A stretch of DNA of 64,000 bases, taken from the NCBI RefSeq assembly GCF_009914755.1, contig NC_060929.1; one strand, written 5' to 3'. Below are positions 26,107 to 37,249 of this stretch, in pieces. Both the position numbers and the translations under genes were made by a program. Position 1 is the stretch's first letter, and each line of letters begins with the position of its first letter. This stretch comes from the human T2T-CHM13v2.0 reference genome, Homo sapiens. The notes beneath the pieces were generated by a model, which was given only the letters and a program-made list of their open reading frames with translations, searched no databases and was not told the DNA's origin.

Positions 26107-26573
26107 TCTATTATCACCAGTATCAAGGAATACGGTGGGAAATGTTATTATCAACAAAAGTTGAAACAACATGGCAAATAACAGATTCAAATGGTAGACA
26201 GGTTTTGTTTATTCGTGCTGGGGTTATTACATTTAATTTTTAAGCTGTGAGGCACACAAACAAGAGGAAGAAGGATGCGCTGGCCAGAAGCGCAGGTGGC
26301 TCCAAACGAGAGAATCCCTGTCCCCTAGCACCAGCCTTCTGTCATTACCAAAATACTCCTGGCCACCCCATCCTTTTGCCACGAGCCATGCAGAGTCCTT
26401 ACACACCTGTTTTGCCCCTGAAAGTGAGATAGAGACCAAAATGATTAGATTCTAAAATGACCAAGACCCACGTAGCCTAGAGGACACTAGGCTGCTGGAC
26501 TGAAACACGATTCTTCAGGGGTGCCAAGGTGGAGCGGGCTGTCCCCACCCACTCAGCACAGCGACAGCCGTGA

Positions 26574-26714
26574 CCTTGAGAGGGGCTCCGGGCCCTCCAT
26601 TTGGCTGCTGTGCCACTGGGGAGGGACCCCAGGGATGCTGGCCTTGAGAGGGGCCCCGGGCCCTCCATTTGGCTGCTGTGCTGCTGGGGAGGGACCACAG
26701 GGATGCTGGCCTTG
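26574..26714 (+). repeat. 68-bp tandem duplication
   Basis: ccttgagagggg..ccgggccctccatttggctgctgtgc..ctggggagggacc..cagggatgctgg at 26574 and 26642. Confidence 0.92.
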
Positions 26715-27914
26715 TGGAGCGGCAGGTGTGGGCCTTGGCACCAAGGTCCCCTGGGAGCTCAGCTGCTCCTGGCAGCCCCGAGCTCAGGCCTCCACGGGGC
26801 TTTGCGTTTCTCAGCATCCACACAAGGGCCTTCTCCACGGCAAACCTGCTTTGTTTGTGGCACTTTGTTTTCGGGGGTCGGGGGTCGGGGGGTGGCTATC
26901 AGGAGCCCTCAGCAGTGCAACTTTCCTTTTCTGAAACACGTGGAACCAGAGGACTCTGTCCTCGCAGACACGCTGGCCCTCAGAGCCCCTGTTTCTCCCA
27001 CCTACGTCATTTTACTTCTGGCCTCCACTCTTGGGGTCCATTGCAGGCTGAGCAGTTTGGTTTGAGGAGCCCCCAAGGTCCTAACTTGTGGTGTCTGAGC
27101 CAGGGGGGATTGAGGAGCCTGTTTAGCCCCTGCTGGGGGATTTCTCCCACAGCAGACCCGAGAGTGGGTGCCAGGCACTCCAGGGGTAGGGGATGCCTTG
27201 GACCAGCCTGCTCCTGCACACCTTCCCGCGGTCCCCGGGGTCTGGGTCCATGAGCTATGGCCACAGCCTCCTGTGGCCCCTGCTGTGATCCGGGCCACCC
27301 CAGCTCCCGGCAGAATAAAGGGCACCAGCAATGCGTGTCCAGTAAGGCTTGTCATAAGCTGACCTCCCTATAAACTCAGGTGACCTTCTCATGCCCACAG
27401 AGACCTCCCGGCCCTGGAAATGCCAAACTTTCACCCCATAGTCCCTGCCCCTGGACAGCCTGCCACCACCCGCTGCTGACCCTTCCAAAGGCGTCCCTCC
27501 TCGGCAGGGTTAGGTCGTGCTCCTGGGTCGTGTCAACGAAGTTCATGTCGGCCTAAAACGTGTGGCCTTCCCGTGGTGCTGCCAGTCCTGCTGGCTGGAC
27601 CGGACATCTTTGAGGAGGGAGAATCAGAAACTGACCTCTGCCTGCCCAGCCGCCCCTCTGCGCCGGGCACCACTCAGCACGTGGGTGGGAGTGGATGCCG
27701 CTCCATCTTTAGGACACTTTTACTTTCTGTACATAGTCCTGCCTGTCGGGATGCAAAACAGCAGGCCCAGTCCTTTTCCGCAAGACAGCATTCCAGATAC
27801 CGGGAAGCAGACACTCCGTCCCAGTGCTAGTCGGCTGCGTGACAGAGTGCACAGGTGGGGCCGAGAACACAGCAACGTGTCCCACACTCCCGCAGGCTGG
27901 GGACACGCAGACAA

Positions 27915-28400
27915 AGTGTGTCCCTGTGTCTGTGTGTATCTGTCTGTGTGCGTCCCTGTGTCTGTGTGCATCCCTGTCTGTGTGTGTCTTTCTGTCTGCG
28001 TGTCTCCCTGTGTCTGTGTGTGCCTGCGTGTCTGTGTGCATCCCTGTGTCTGTGTGTGTCCGTGTCTGCGCATCTCTGTATCTGTGTGTGTCTGCGTGTC
28101 TGTGTGTGTCCGTGTGCATGTGTCCCTGTGTCTGTGTGTTTGTGTGTCCCTGTGCCTCTGTGTCCGCATGTCTGTGTGTGTCTGCATGCGTGTGTGTCCC
28201 TGTGTCTGTATGTGTCCCTGTGTCTGTGTGTCCACGTGTGTGTCCCCATGTCTGTGTGTCCCTGTGTCTGTGTGTCCGTGTGTCTGTGTGCCCTGTGTAT
28301 ATGTGCATGTCCATGTTTCTATGTGTGTCTGCATGTCTGTGTGTGTCTGTGTGTGTCCCTGTGTCTGTGTGTGTTCTTGTGTCTGCATGTCTGTGTGTCT
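27915..28400 (+). repeat. Degenerate (TG)-rich low-complexity repeat (ccctgtgtctgtgtg units)
   Basis: Seen directly; source of the spurious Cys/Val and His/Thr ORFs. Confidence 0.95.
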
Positions 28401-28798
28401 GGTCCCTTCCTGCACCAGAGCCCAGGTGTGTCAGGTCAACCCCAGCCCGATTCTGAGCTGTTCTGACAAACGGTCATTGTGAGTGTGGTCCTGACCTTCC
28501 CTGAGGGCCATGTGCTGTGATGTGGCCCAGTTGACCTGGGCGGGGCTGAGACCTGGAGGGGCCGCACTGAGCCAGATCCCTCTCCGGTCTGCTGCCCCCA
28601 CAGTGTGTGAGGGTGGCACGTGTCCCGCCCTCCTCACAGGCCGTGTACCCCCATGGCGAGTGTCTCCTTACGGTTGAGGGCTGGCGCTGAGATTGAGCTT
28701 TCGGGGTTGGTGAGGACGAACCTGTGTCCCCAGGTGTGAGAGGCAGGAGCTGGGAGGTCAGGGGGTGGCTGGTTCCACCTCCAAAGTCCCTCCCAGAT

Positions 28799-29171
28799 GG
28801 TGAGTGGACAGAGGGGTCCTCCTGGCGAGGGGCGGCGGTGAGTGGACGGAGGGGTCCCCCTGGCGAGGGGCGGCGGTGAGTGGACGGAGGGGTCCTCCTG
28901 GCGAGGGGCGGCGGTGAGTGGACGGAGGGGTCCTTCTGGCGAGGGGCGGCGGTGAGTGGACGGAGGGGTCCTCCCGGCGAGGGGCGGCGGTGAGTGGACG
29001 GAGGGGTCCTCCCGGCGAGGGGCGGCGGTGAGTGGACGGAGGGGTCCTTCTGGTGAGGGGCGGCGGTGAGTGGACGGAGGGGTCCTCCCGGCGAGGGGCG
29101 GCGGTGAGTGGACGGAGGGGTCCCCCTGGCGAGGGGCGGCGGTGAGTGGACGGAGGGGTTCTCCTGGTGAG
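28799..29171 (+). repeat. 38-bp CpG-rich minisatellite, ~9.8 copies
   Basis: ggtgagtggacggaggggtcc(t/c)(c/t)c(t/c)ggcgaggggcggc at 28799, 28837 ... 29103, 29141. Confidence 0.97.
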
Positions 29172-29659
29172 CAGGAGACAGCCTCCGCGGGGCTTTGGCA
29201 AAGTGGCCTGTCTTCTCTTTCATGCTATTACAATGGGCTCCACTGGCTGCATCTTGTTACATTGTGTCACATCATGAGACACTAAGATCCCTTCAAATTA
29301 AGATTCTAAGATTTGATGAATTTCCTGCTGAGTTTCTTGAAACAACATTTTGTTCAGAACCACAGGACCTGTGTTTTATTTCTTCAAGGAAGGTAGACAC
29401 AAAAGTAACAGCAGGAGGGAATACTTGTCTATGCAGGTTATGTCAAGTCTACAGTTAGCTCTCTGTCACTCCGCAGACTGGACATGACAGCCATAAAGGT
29501 GTCAATATACCCCCTGCACTATTGTTTTGATCCAAGAGCACATGGCTATTGAAAGGTTCTGTCTGTCTGAGAGAATGATTCTCATCTGCTCTGTCTTATA
29601 GTAGCCATTTCCTAAAATATTGTCATGGTATATTATGGTGTTATTTTTAATAATTTCTC

Positions 29660-30045
29660 AGTCCTCAATACAAATAGATATTTACTAAGCCCTTCCTGGA
29701 TCAGCTCATGTAATCCCCAGTCTCAGGGAGTAAACACTGTGATTATCCCCAACTGAGGCAGGGAGACCTGAGAAACATGCCTAAGTTTGCCATGGGTGGT
29801 GGCAGAGAGGGGCTGCTGAACCTGGCAATCTGACTGCACAGGGTGCCCTAAAACTGCTCCTCCATGCTGCCTTGCCATGGCAACAGTTACCCCAAATGTC
29901 CCCTTTGGGAGTGCAAGGTCCTCAAAGCCAGGGACTTCTTTTTCTAGTTTTATGCATGCCGTACCTCCCACAGAGCTTTGCCTGGTTTCTACTGTATAGT
30001 GAGGGCTGCAAAAACATTTGGTAGTGAATGAATGAATGAATGAAG
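29660..30045. mobile_element. MIR remnant plus probable L2 3' end
   Basis: attatccccaactgaggcaggggagacctgaga..aagtttgcc..gaacctggcaatctgact; (gaat)n tail at ~30025-30043. Confidence 0.55.
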
Positions 30046-30474
30046 GTGAGTTGGTTCATGGACCCCACAGCAGGTGAGTTGCAAAAGGTGGCCTCTTGCG
30101 TTCCATCTAGTCAAGCTGTGTTCCTGCTGAACTGGGTCTGCAGAGGAAGAGGCAGCTTCCAGTGAAGGGAGCTGGTTTTCTCAGTGGGTGGTGGCCCCAA
30201 TGATGCAAACGTGAGCTGCTTTGCCTTGAGACATCCTCTGGCCTTGTTGCCTGAAGATGCTCTATTCCTTCTGCTGACAGGAGAAGGAAGCATGCTGAGG
30301 CTGGTGTTTGGGAGCCCCCGGGGATGGAGGAATGCCACAGGCTCCTCTGTACACCCGCCATACCCTGTCCCGCCTGGCCCTGCAGCTGTAGGGAGTGCTC
30401 ACCATCACCATGGCAGCCCTCCAGGAGCAGGCTGTCTGGCCTCTGTGCTGAGGGCTGGAGAGCCAAGGGAAAGG

Positions 30475-31368
30475 CCAGGTGAGAGCGTGGAGGTCCTGGT
30501 GAGAACACTCAAGTCCAGGTGAGAAAGTGGAGGTCCAAGTGAGTACGTGGAGGTCCAAGTGAGAAAGTGGAGGTCCAAGTGAGTACGTGGAGTTCCAAGT
30601 GAGAAAGTGGAGGTCCAGGTAGAACATGGGGAAGTCCAGGTGAGGATGTAGATGTCCAGGTGAGGATGTGGAGGTCCAGGTGAGAACATGGGGAAGTCCA
30701 AGTGAGGATGTGGGGAGGTCCAGGCAGGATGCAGAGGTCCAGGTGAGGACATAGAGGTGCAGGTGGGAATATGGGGAGGTCTAGGTGAGAACATGTGGAG
30801 GTCCAGGTGAGAATGTAGAGGTCCTGGTGAGAACGTAGGGGAAGTCCAGGTGAGGACATGGAAGTCCAGGTGATAATGTAGAGGTCTAAGAGAGGATGCG
30901 GAGGACCAGGTGAGGATGCAGAGGTCCAGGTGAGGATGTGGAGGTCCAGATGAGGATGCAGAAGTCCAAGTGAGGATGCAAAAGGACGGGTGAGGATGTG
31001 GAGGTCCAGGTGAGGATGCGGAGGTCCAGGTGAGGATGCAGAGGTCCAGGTGAGGATGCAGAGGTCCAGGTGAGGATGCAGAGGTCCAGGTGAGAACATG
31101 GGGAAGTGCAGGTGAGAAAGTGGAGGTTCGGGTGAGGATGTGGGGGTCCAGGTGAGGACATAGAGGTCCAGGTGAGAACATGAAGGTCCTGGTGAGAACG
31201 TGAAGGTCCAGGTGAGAAAGTGGAGATCCAGGTGAGAATACAGGGAGGTCCAAGTGAGAACGTGGGGCAGTCCAGGCGAGAATGTGAAGGTTCAGGTGAG
31301 GATGTGGAGGTCCAGGTGAGGATATGGAGCTCCTGGTGAGGATGTGGAGGTCCAGGTGAGAACGTGGG
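30475..31368 (+). repeat. Degenerate 20-22-bp minisatellite (gaggtccaggtgaggatgtg), ~40 copies
   Basis: gtccaggtgag / gtccaagtgag core recurs about every 20-22 bp. Confidence 0.95.
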
Positions 31369-31456
31369 AATCCTGTGTCAGGTGTCTCTCACAAAGCGGC
31401 TGGCCCTGGGCTGCCCCTGGGCTGCCCCTGGAGGGTCCCTGGTCTTCTTGTGAGAT

Positions 31457-31842
31457 GGGGGTGTCCAATCTTTTGGCTTCCCTGGACCACACTGGAAGGA
31501 GAATTGTCTTGGGCCATCCACTCCAACATCTATTATTTTTTGATTTTTTGGATTATGGCAATTTTAGCAGGAGTGAGGCAGTATCACATTGTGGTTTTGA
31601 TTTGCATGTCCCTGATCATTAGTGACGTTGAGCATTTTTCCATATGCTTTTTGGCCATGTGTATATCTTCTTTTGAAAATTGTCCATTCATGTCCTTACC
31701 CCACTTGTTGATGGAATTGTTTGTGTTTTTCTTGCTGAAAAAAATCTCATAATGTTTTAAGAAAGTTTGCGAATTTGTGTTGGGCCGCATTCAGAGCCAT
31801 CCTGGGCCGCATGCTGCCCCAGCGGTGGGTTGGACAATCTTG
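31457..31842 (+). mobile_element. MER30 (hAT-Charlie) split by an antisense internal L1PB-like fragment (31514-31737)
   Basis: ggggtgtccaatcttttggcttccctgg..gaattgtcttgggcca | L1 antisense | aaaaaaatctcataatgttttaagaaagttt..gggttggacaa. Confidence 0.85.
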
Positions 31843-31989
31843 TCCTAAGGGGAACTCTTTATAGAGCAGGGGTAGGCAGGGTGGGGCAGGGGCAGAGGGT
31901 GTCCCCGTCCAGCCCGGACTGGTTGAGACAGGGGGATCCCGTGTCTCTTGCCTGCCTGTGGCACCTCCTAGAAGGCAGCACCTTCCAGC

Positions 31990-33250
31990 TCAACTCCAGC
32001 GGCTGCAGGGAAGCGGCGGGCGGCGGGAACTAAATGGTCCCTGGGCTCCCCGGGCCTCTAAAGGGCGCTCCGCAGGCGGCAGGCGGTGGCCCCGGGGCTG
32101 CGTCTCCCGCCCTCCTCCTGCGCCCCAACCCAGGCCTGGGACAGACACTTCTCTCTCGCGCTCTTCCCCGACTAAGTGCCGACTCCCGGCCTCCCCGCGG
32201 CGCCGCCCTGCCCTCCTCCCCTCCTCCCCCCCCCCCCGTCCCCTCCTCCCCTCCTCCCCTCCTCCCCTCCTCCCCTCCTCCCCTCCTCCCCTCCTCCCCT
32301 CCTCCCCTCCTCCCCTCCTCCCCTCCCCGCGGGTCTCGCCCCAGCGGTGCAGTCTCCGCGCCCGCCGAGCGGTGGCGCCGTTGCCCTGGGAACCGGGGAC
32401 TGCAGCCGCGGACTTCGGGGTCTCGGCTCCGGCCCCTGCAGGACCGCGGGCGCCGCCGGGGAAGCGAGGCCTTTGGGTCTGAGGGTCCGAGCGGCTCCCG
32501 GAGGTGCGGGCGGAGATAGGAGACCCCCCCCGAGCCTGGGGGGGGGCGCAGGAAGGGGGCGCGCGGGGCGGGGGCGCGCAGGAAGGGGGCGCGCGGGGCG
32601 GGGGCGCGCGGGGCGGGGGCGCGCGGGGCGGGGGCGCGCGTTCTCCCTCCGGGCAGCCTCGTGGGCGGTAGATGCAGCCAACGCGTCCGTCAAAGCGGTT
32701 CAGGGGCGCTGGGAAGAGGCGGCGGTGACCCCGGGACGGCAGTGGGCCCGACCGAGCCTCAGTGGGGGTCCCGCGTGTACGCTGGCCTCGCCCTCCCGCC
32801 TCGCTTCTGGGCTTTTGCTCCAACTCTCAGCCGCCGTGGAGATCGCAGGGGGCGTAGGGCCAAGCCAGGGATTCCGCTGTGCCCCGGGCTCGGGAGAGGT
32901 GTCCCGGGAGTCTATGGCAGAATTTCCCCCTCATCCTGCGCTGGGAGAGGGGTCTCGCCCCGGATGGAACTCCGCGTTCCCACCTCCAGGTTCTCCCCTG
33001 ACCTCCACTTCTGTACCCTGGACAGGCGGGTATTCTCCCCGGCCCTGGAGGCTCCTGTCCCCCAGCATTTGCGCGGCCAGGCCTGGCGCTGGGCTCCCCC
33101 CCCCCAGCCCTCAAGGGCACGAGCTTGCAGAGAAATCTCTGGGTTTGGAGGCCTGAAGTCCCCCTTGGGGCCTGGGTTCCCTTTTGCCCTGTCTGCAGGG
33201 CGCTCTGCAGGTTTCTCGCGGCCGTGGGTGATCCGGGGGGTTGTGGCCCA
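31990..33250. promoter_or_regulatory. CpG island, probable promoter; (CTCCTCCCC)n 32210-32327, GC-box 15-mer repeat 32538-32640, RFX X-box-like site 32380-32393
   Basis: Very high CpG density; tandem ggggcgggggcgcgc; GTTGCCCTGGGAAC. Confidence 0.8.
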
Positions 33251-33875
33251 GCCTGGGGTTGTGGTGAAAATGGGCTTTTCAGTAGGGGTTGGGGCAGTGC
33301 CTGGAATAACCCGCAGTGCTCACATCTGCCTGCGGGGACCTTCTGCAGTCTTTCTGGCCACCCTGGGGGCGAGGGCAGGACAGGGCTAGGTGTGTCCTCC
33401 CCAGCCTGGCCTCTGCCTACCTTGCAGGTGCAGTGAGCTCTCCTGCCTGAGAGAGAGCAGGTGTGCAGGGAGGCGTGGGGGCTGGCAGGTGTGGGGGCTG
33501 CGTGCTGCGGCTGTGTTGGGGGAGGGGGTGAGAGTGTGACTCACGGAGCCCCGCCCGCAGGAGAGGGTGGCCTTGACAGGGAAGAGAGTGTGGGGGTGTC
33601 TAGCCAGTGAAGACAGCAGAGCGGCAACAAGCTCCGAAAGCTGGAAGGTCGCTGTTGGCCTCGGGAGAGGAGGGCCAGCGCTGGGGACCGTGGGACACAG
33701 GAATCCCGCAGCGTGTTCTGCGGGTTAGAGCTGTGTGCAGAGACCCAAGCTTGTCGAGGGCAGTGAGCAGCTGTGGAGGAAATGTCGAGGCTCCCACGTC
33801 CCCACCAGTGTCCCCAGCTCCACGTTGAACCCCTCTCTATGATGAGGTGTCTTCCTGGATGGGTGCTGTGGGCAT

Positions 33876-34333
33876 TGTGAAAGGAAAATAAGTCTGGGGT
33901 CCCCACATCACTAAGCTAAAGGGAAGAGTCAAGTTGGGAACTGCTTAGAGCAAACCTGCCTCCCTTTCTATTCAAAGTCTCCCCCTGCTCACTGAGATGA
34001 ATGCAGATCTGATTGCCTCCTTTGGAGAGGCTCATCACAAGCTCAAAAGAACGCAGCCATCTGTCTCTTACCTACCTTTGACCTGGAAGCCCTTCCTCGA
34101 GTTGTCCCGCCTTTGCTTTGAATTGTCCCACGTTTCCAGACCAAACCAATGTTCATCTTACACATGCTGATTGATGTCCCATATCTCCCTAAAATATATA
34201 AAACCAAGCTGTGCTCTGACCACCTTGGGTACATGTCGGCAGGACCTCCTGAGGCTGTCACAGCTGCGCAGCCTCAACCTTGGCAAAATAAACTTTCTAA
34301 ATTGAGACCTGTCTCAGAATTTTGGGGTTCACA
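33876..34333 (+). mobile_element. MER4A1-type solo LTR (ERV1) with 4-bp TSD GCAT
   Basis: TG..CA termini (tgtgaaaggaaaataa..ggggttcaca), TATA-like tatataaaa, aataaa; gcat on both flanks. Confidence 0.9.
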
Positions 34334-34744
34334 GCATGCAGCCAGCAGACCTGGTGATGAAGGAGGCTAAGATCTGGCCACATGAATCTGAGGCTCATGT
34401 GTATCTGAGGCATGATGAGCCAGCAGGGTGGGGACAGGGTTTGTGCAAGAGAGCTGGGACCCTGAACTTGTGGGCTTGTGTGAGTGCCAGAGCTGGGGGC
34501 ATGGTGAACCATGCATCCTGGGTATGTGGCAGTAGGGCAGTGACTTCCCTGGCCCTCTACGCCTCTGTAGGGCCTCAGCTATCTGGTAAGGGCTGTGTCT
34601 AAGACAGACCCCTGACCATGGTCCTGCCCAGCCTGTTCCCGTGGACCCTGCCAGCATCAGGATTTCTTGGCTGCCTAGTCAAGTGCCATACCTCTCAGAG
34701 GAGAGGACAGGGAGGGGCCTGGGGTCTACAGAAGGAGGCTTCAG

Positions 34745-36129
34745 CTAAAAAGAAGACTTGTGCCACAGAGAACGGCACGGCAAAGAAAGCCGGGGGCACC
34801 AAGCTCTGAGGACGCACATCTGCAGAAGCCCAGCAGCTGCACACCGGCTCCCTCCAGCCCTTTCCACAGCACACAGAGAGCCGGGGGTTCCCAGGCCTGG
34901 AAACAGGACAGAGTGTGGACCCCCTTTCCTCAGGCCAGGGTTTGCCTTGTCATGTCCATTGTGTAAAGCTGAGGATAAGGGTGAAGGGTAAGGGCTGAGT
35001 ACTGTGGAGGCCCTGTCCATCAGCACTCTCAGCTTGAGGAAGGTGATGAGCAGGGCCCACCCCCCATTCACCCCTAAACCCCACTTGTCTACCTTGGACC
35101 TGGACGAGCAAAGCTGGCTCAGGCACAGGACTCCCTGGGTGTTTGAAGCTTTCCACCCTAAAGCAGGGGCTGTGAGCATTGCAGGCTTGCCAAGCACAGA
35201 TGTGCACTGCACGGAGTGGGAAGGAGACAGTGTATAGAAATCTTCAGCCAGATTCTGTTCATCACAATATAAAGATGGCCTTGTGCTCAGGACACATAAG
35301 TCACAGGGAAAGTTCAAAAGCTGAGAATGTTGGTGTCTACTTTGGAATTCTATTATCTTAAGTAATATCTAAAAGCAAGACAAATGCTTACAGCAGGCTA
35401 GCAGCATGAAAGAAAAGTGAAGCTTCTTAAGGAGAGTTGGGATGATGACATACTGTGGTCAATTTTTAATGCTCTTACAAAGGAAAAGAAGCACAGACAA
35501 TAAATAGTGCCAAATGCAGTTAGTCACACACGTGTGTGGCTCCCACATGCACATGCACTCACCCCATCAGCTGACCTGCCCACCATCCTGGGAGTCTAGT
35601 CTGCAGCTGAAGGCTCATTTGCAAGAGGAAGAGGTTCTGGTGATGGTGACTCAGCTACTTACAGAAAAGTCTTGATCACACATTGAGACATTCATGACAC
35701 GTTTCCATATTTCCAAATCCATTGTCATCAGGTACATAATTAATTGTAACATTGCTAACTCTGGAAGAAGAAGGAGTTTCCATAATTTATTCATAAGACG
35801 AAGTCACCTGTTTGAAGAGCCTTGAGATACTCCATTGAGGGGCTCTCTTTTAAGCATCACTTCTCCTTCCCAAATGTTGGAGGACAAAAGAACTTTCCTT
35901 TCCAAATTTGGAAACAGTAGAACTTAATCCTACCTGAATGTGTTCTCCCTTCCTGGGACCAGTGAAAGTACCCAGGTAGAAGCAATAAAGGTTTTCTGGG
36001 AAAAGTAGACCCCTTCTGATTCCTGATTCCTGAGAGATGGAAGGCGGGTGGGAATGTGGGTATCATGGGGTGGATAATCGGCTCTTCTGCAACCCTTTGG
36101 GACTCCTCCTTGGGCCAGGTTTGGCTCAT
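34745..36129 (-). other. Speculative 3-exon orphan ORF (~305 aa): 36129-35934, 35760-35663, 35368-34745
   Basis: GT-AG junctions cag|gtagga, ttcttcttccag|, tct|gtaagt, tcttgcttttag| keep one frame open; no recognisable homology. Confidence 0.2.
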
Positions 36130-37141
36130 ACATCAGCCCTGTAAGGGGGCCAAGAGAGAATTCTGTGTTTGGTGTGCAGAGATAGAGATGAGGGTGTTTC
36201 ATCGCCATTGTTCAGTGAATTGCCCAAGCGTGGACTGCGTGGTTAGGAAAGATAGAGAAGCTTTGTATTCCTCTGTGACATTGACCAGTAATGTCATAAA
36301 CCTGAGCTGGAAGAGTTTTCTTGATTTCATGCTTGAGGTACCAGGCACAGCATCTGGCCGCAGCACCAGAAGCACCAGCTCCTGCCCAAACAGGCTCAAG
36401 GCCTCATAGGTTGAAGTTGGAGGGCATTTCTGTTTTCATGAGCCAGCCATATGCTGGAGAAACTTAGGGTGGCTGATGGATTTCATTCATGGCGCTTCTC
36501 TTAAAGTGATCGCTTGAAAACGGATGGTGCTGTGTCCATGGGAAGCACCCCAGGCCTCCCAAGTGCTGTTGCAGAGCAACTCCCAGAGTCTCGGGCGAGG
36601 GGCGTGGCTGCCCTGTGACGGTGGCATCAATCCCCATGTTAAAGCATTAAAAAGGACTCGTACGTATTATCGCCACTAAAAAAACTTGTCACTAAAATTT
36701 ACTTTATAGTAGTTTTATTCTTATGCTTTCATGTATGAACCGTTGTCAAATGTTGACCCTCTAGTTTTCAAATTTGATTTAATTTTATATTTCCAATGCA
36801 TGAGGAAGATCACCCGGGCTCTCAACATATTTTTCCTAGTGTACTCCCGTGGCGTGATTGTAAATATTGGGAAGCTCTATGTCTGGGGAAGACAGCCCTG
36901 ATCTGCAGTGTGCGCTGACTTCCGTGGTGTTAATACCCCCACCCTGGCTCATTTCAAGCTGCTGACATGACATCTGTGAGCGAGGAGTGGAGATTAGGGG
37001 TGTGCGTGGGGTCGCTCAGGGGCAGAGGGGCTGTGCCACCCCCAGCTTCGCGGGCAGAGAGCTGCTTAGACTCGGGTGACGTTCAAGCCCCACCCATAAC
37101 TGCAGGCCCCGGGGACATGTCAACTTTTCTTTTGGTTACAG

Positions 37142-37249
37142 GGGAGCCTTGTTTTTCCAAAAAAGGACTGACCATAGGAAATCTGACAGCATCAGCACAA
37201 GTCAACATTATCCGGGGGTTGAGGGAACAAAGTAGTCGGCCCCACGGGG
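37142..37249 (+). other. Candidate 108-nt exon (probably of a lncRNA)
   Basis: Acceptor cttttcttttggttacag| and donor ggg|gtgagt. Confidence 0.35.

Noticed and set aside
27517-29223. Long Cys/Val-, His/Thr- and Pro-rich ORFs
   Set aside because: Translations of (TG)-rich and 38-bp repeats, open in several frames on both strands
30405-33389. 282-, 277- and 326-aa Pro/Arg/Gly-rich ORFs (RGR/PPR repeats)
   Set aside because: Stop-poor minisatellite and CpG-island sequence
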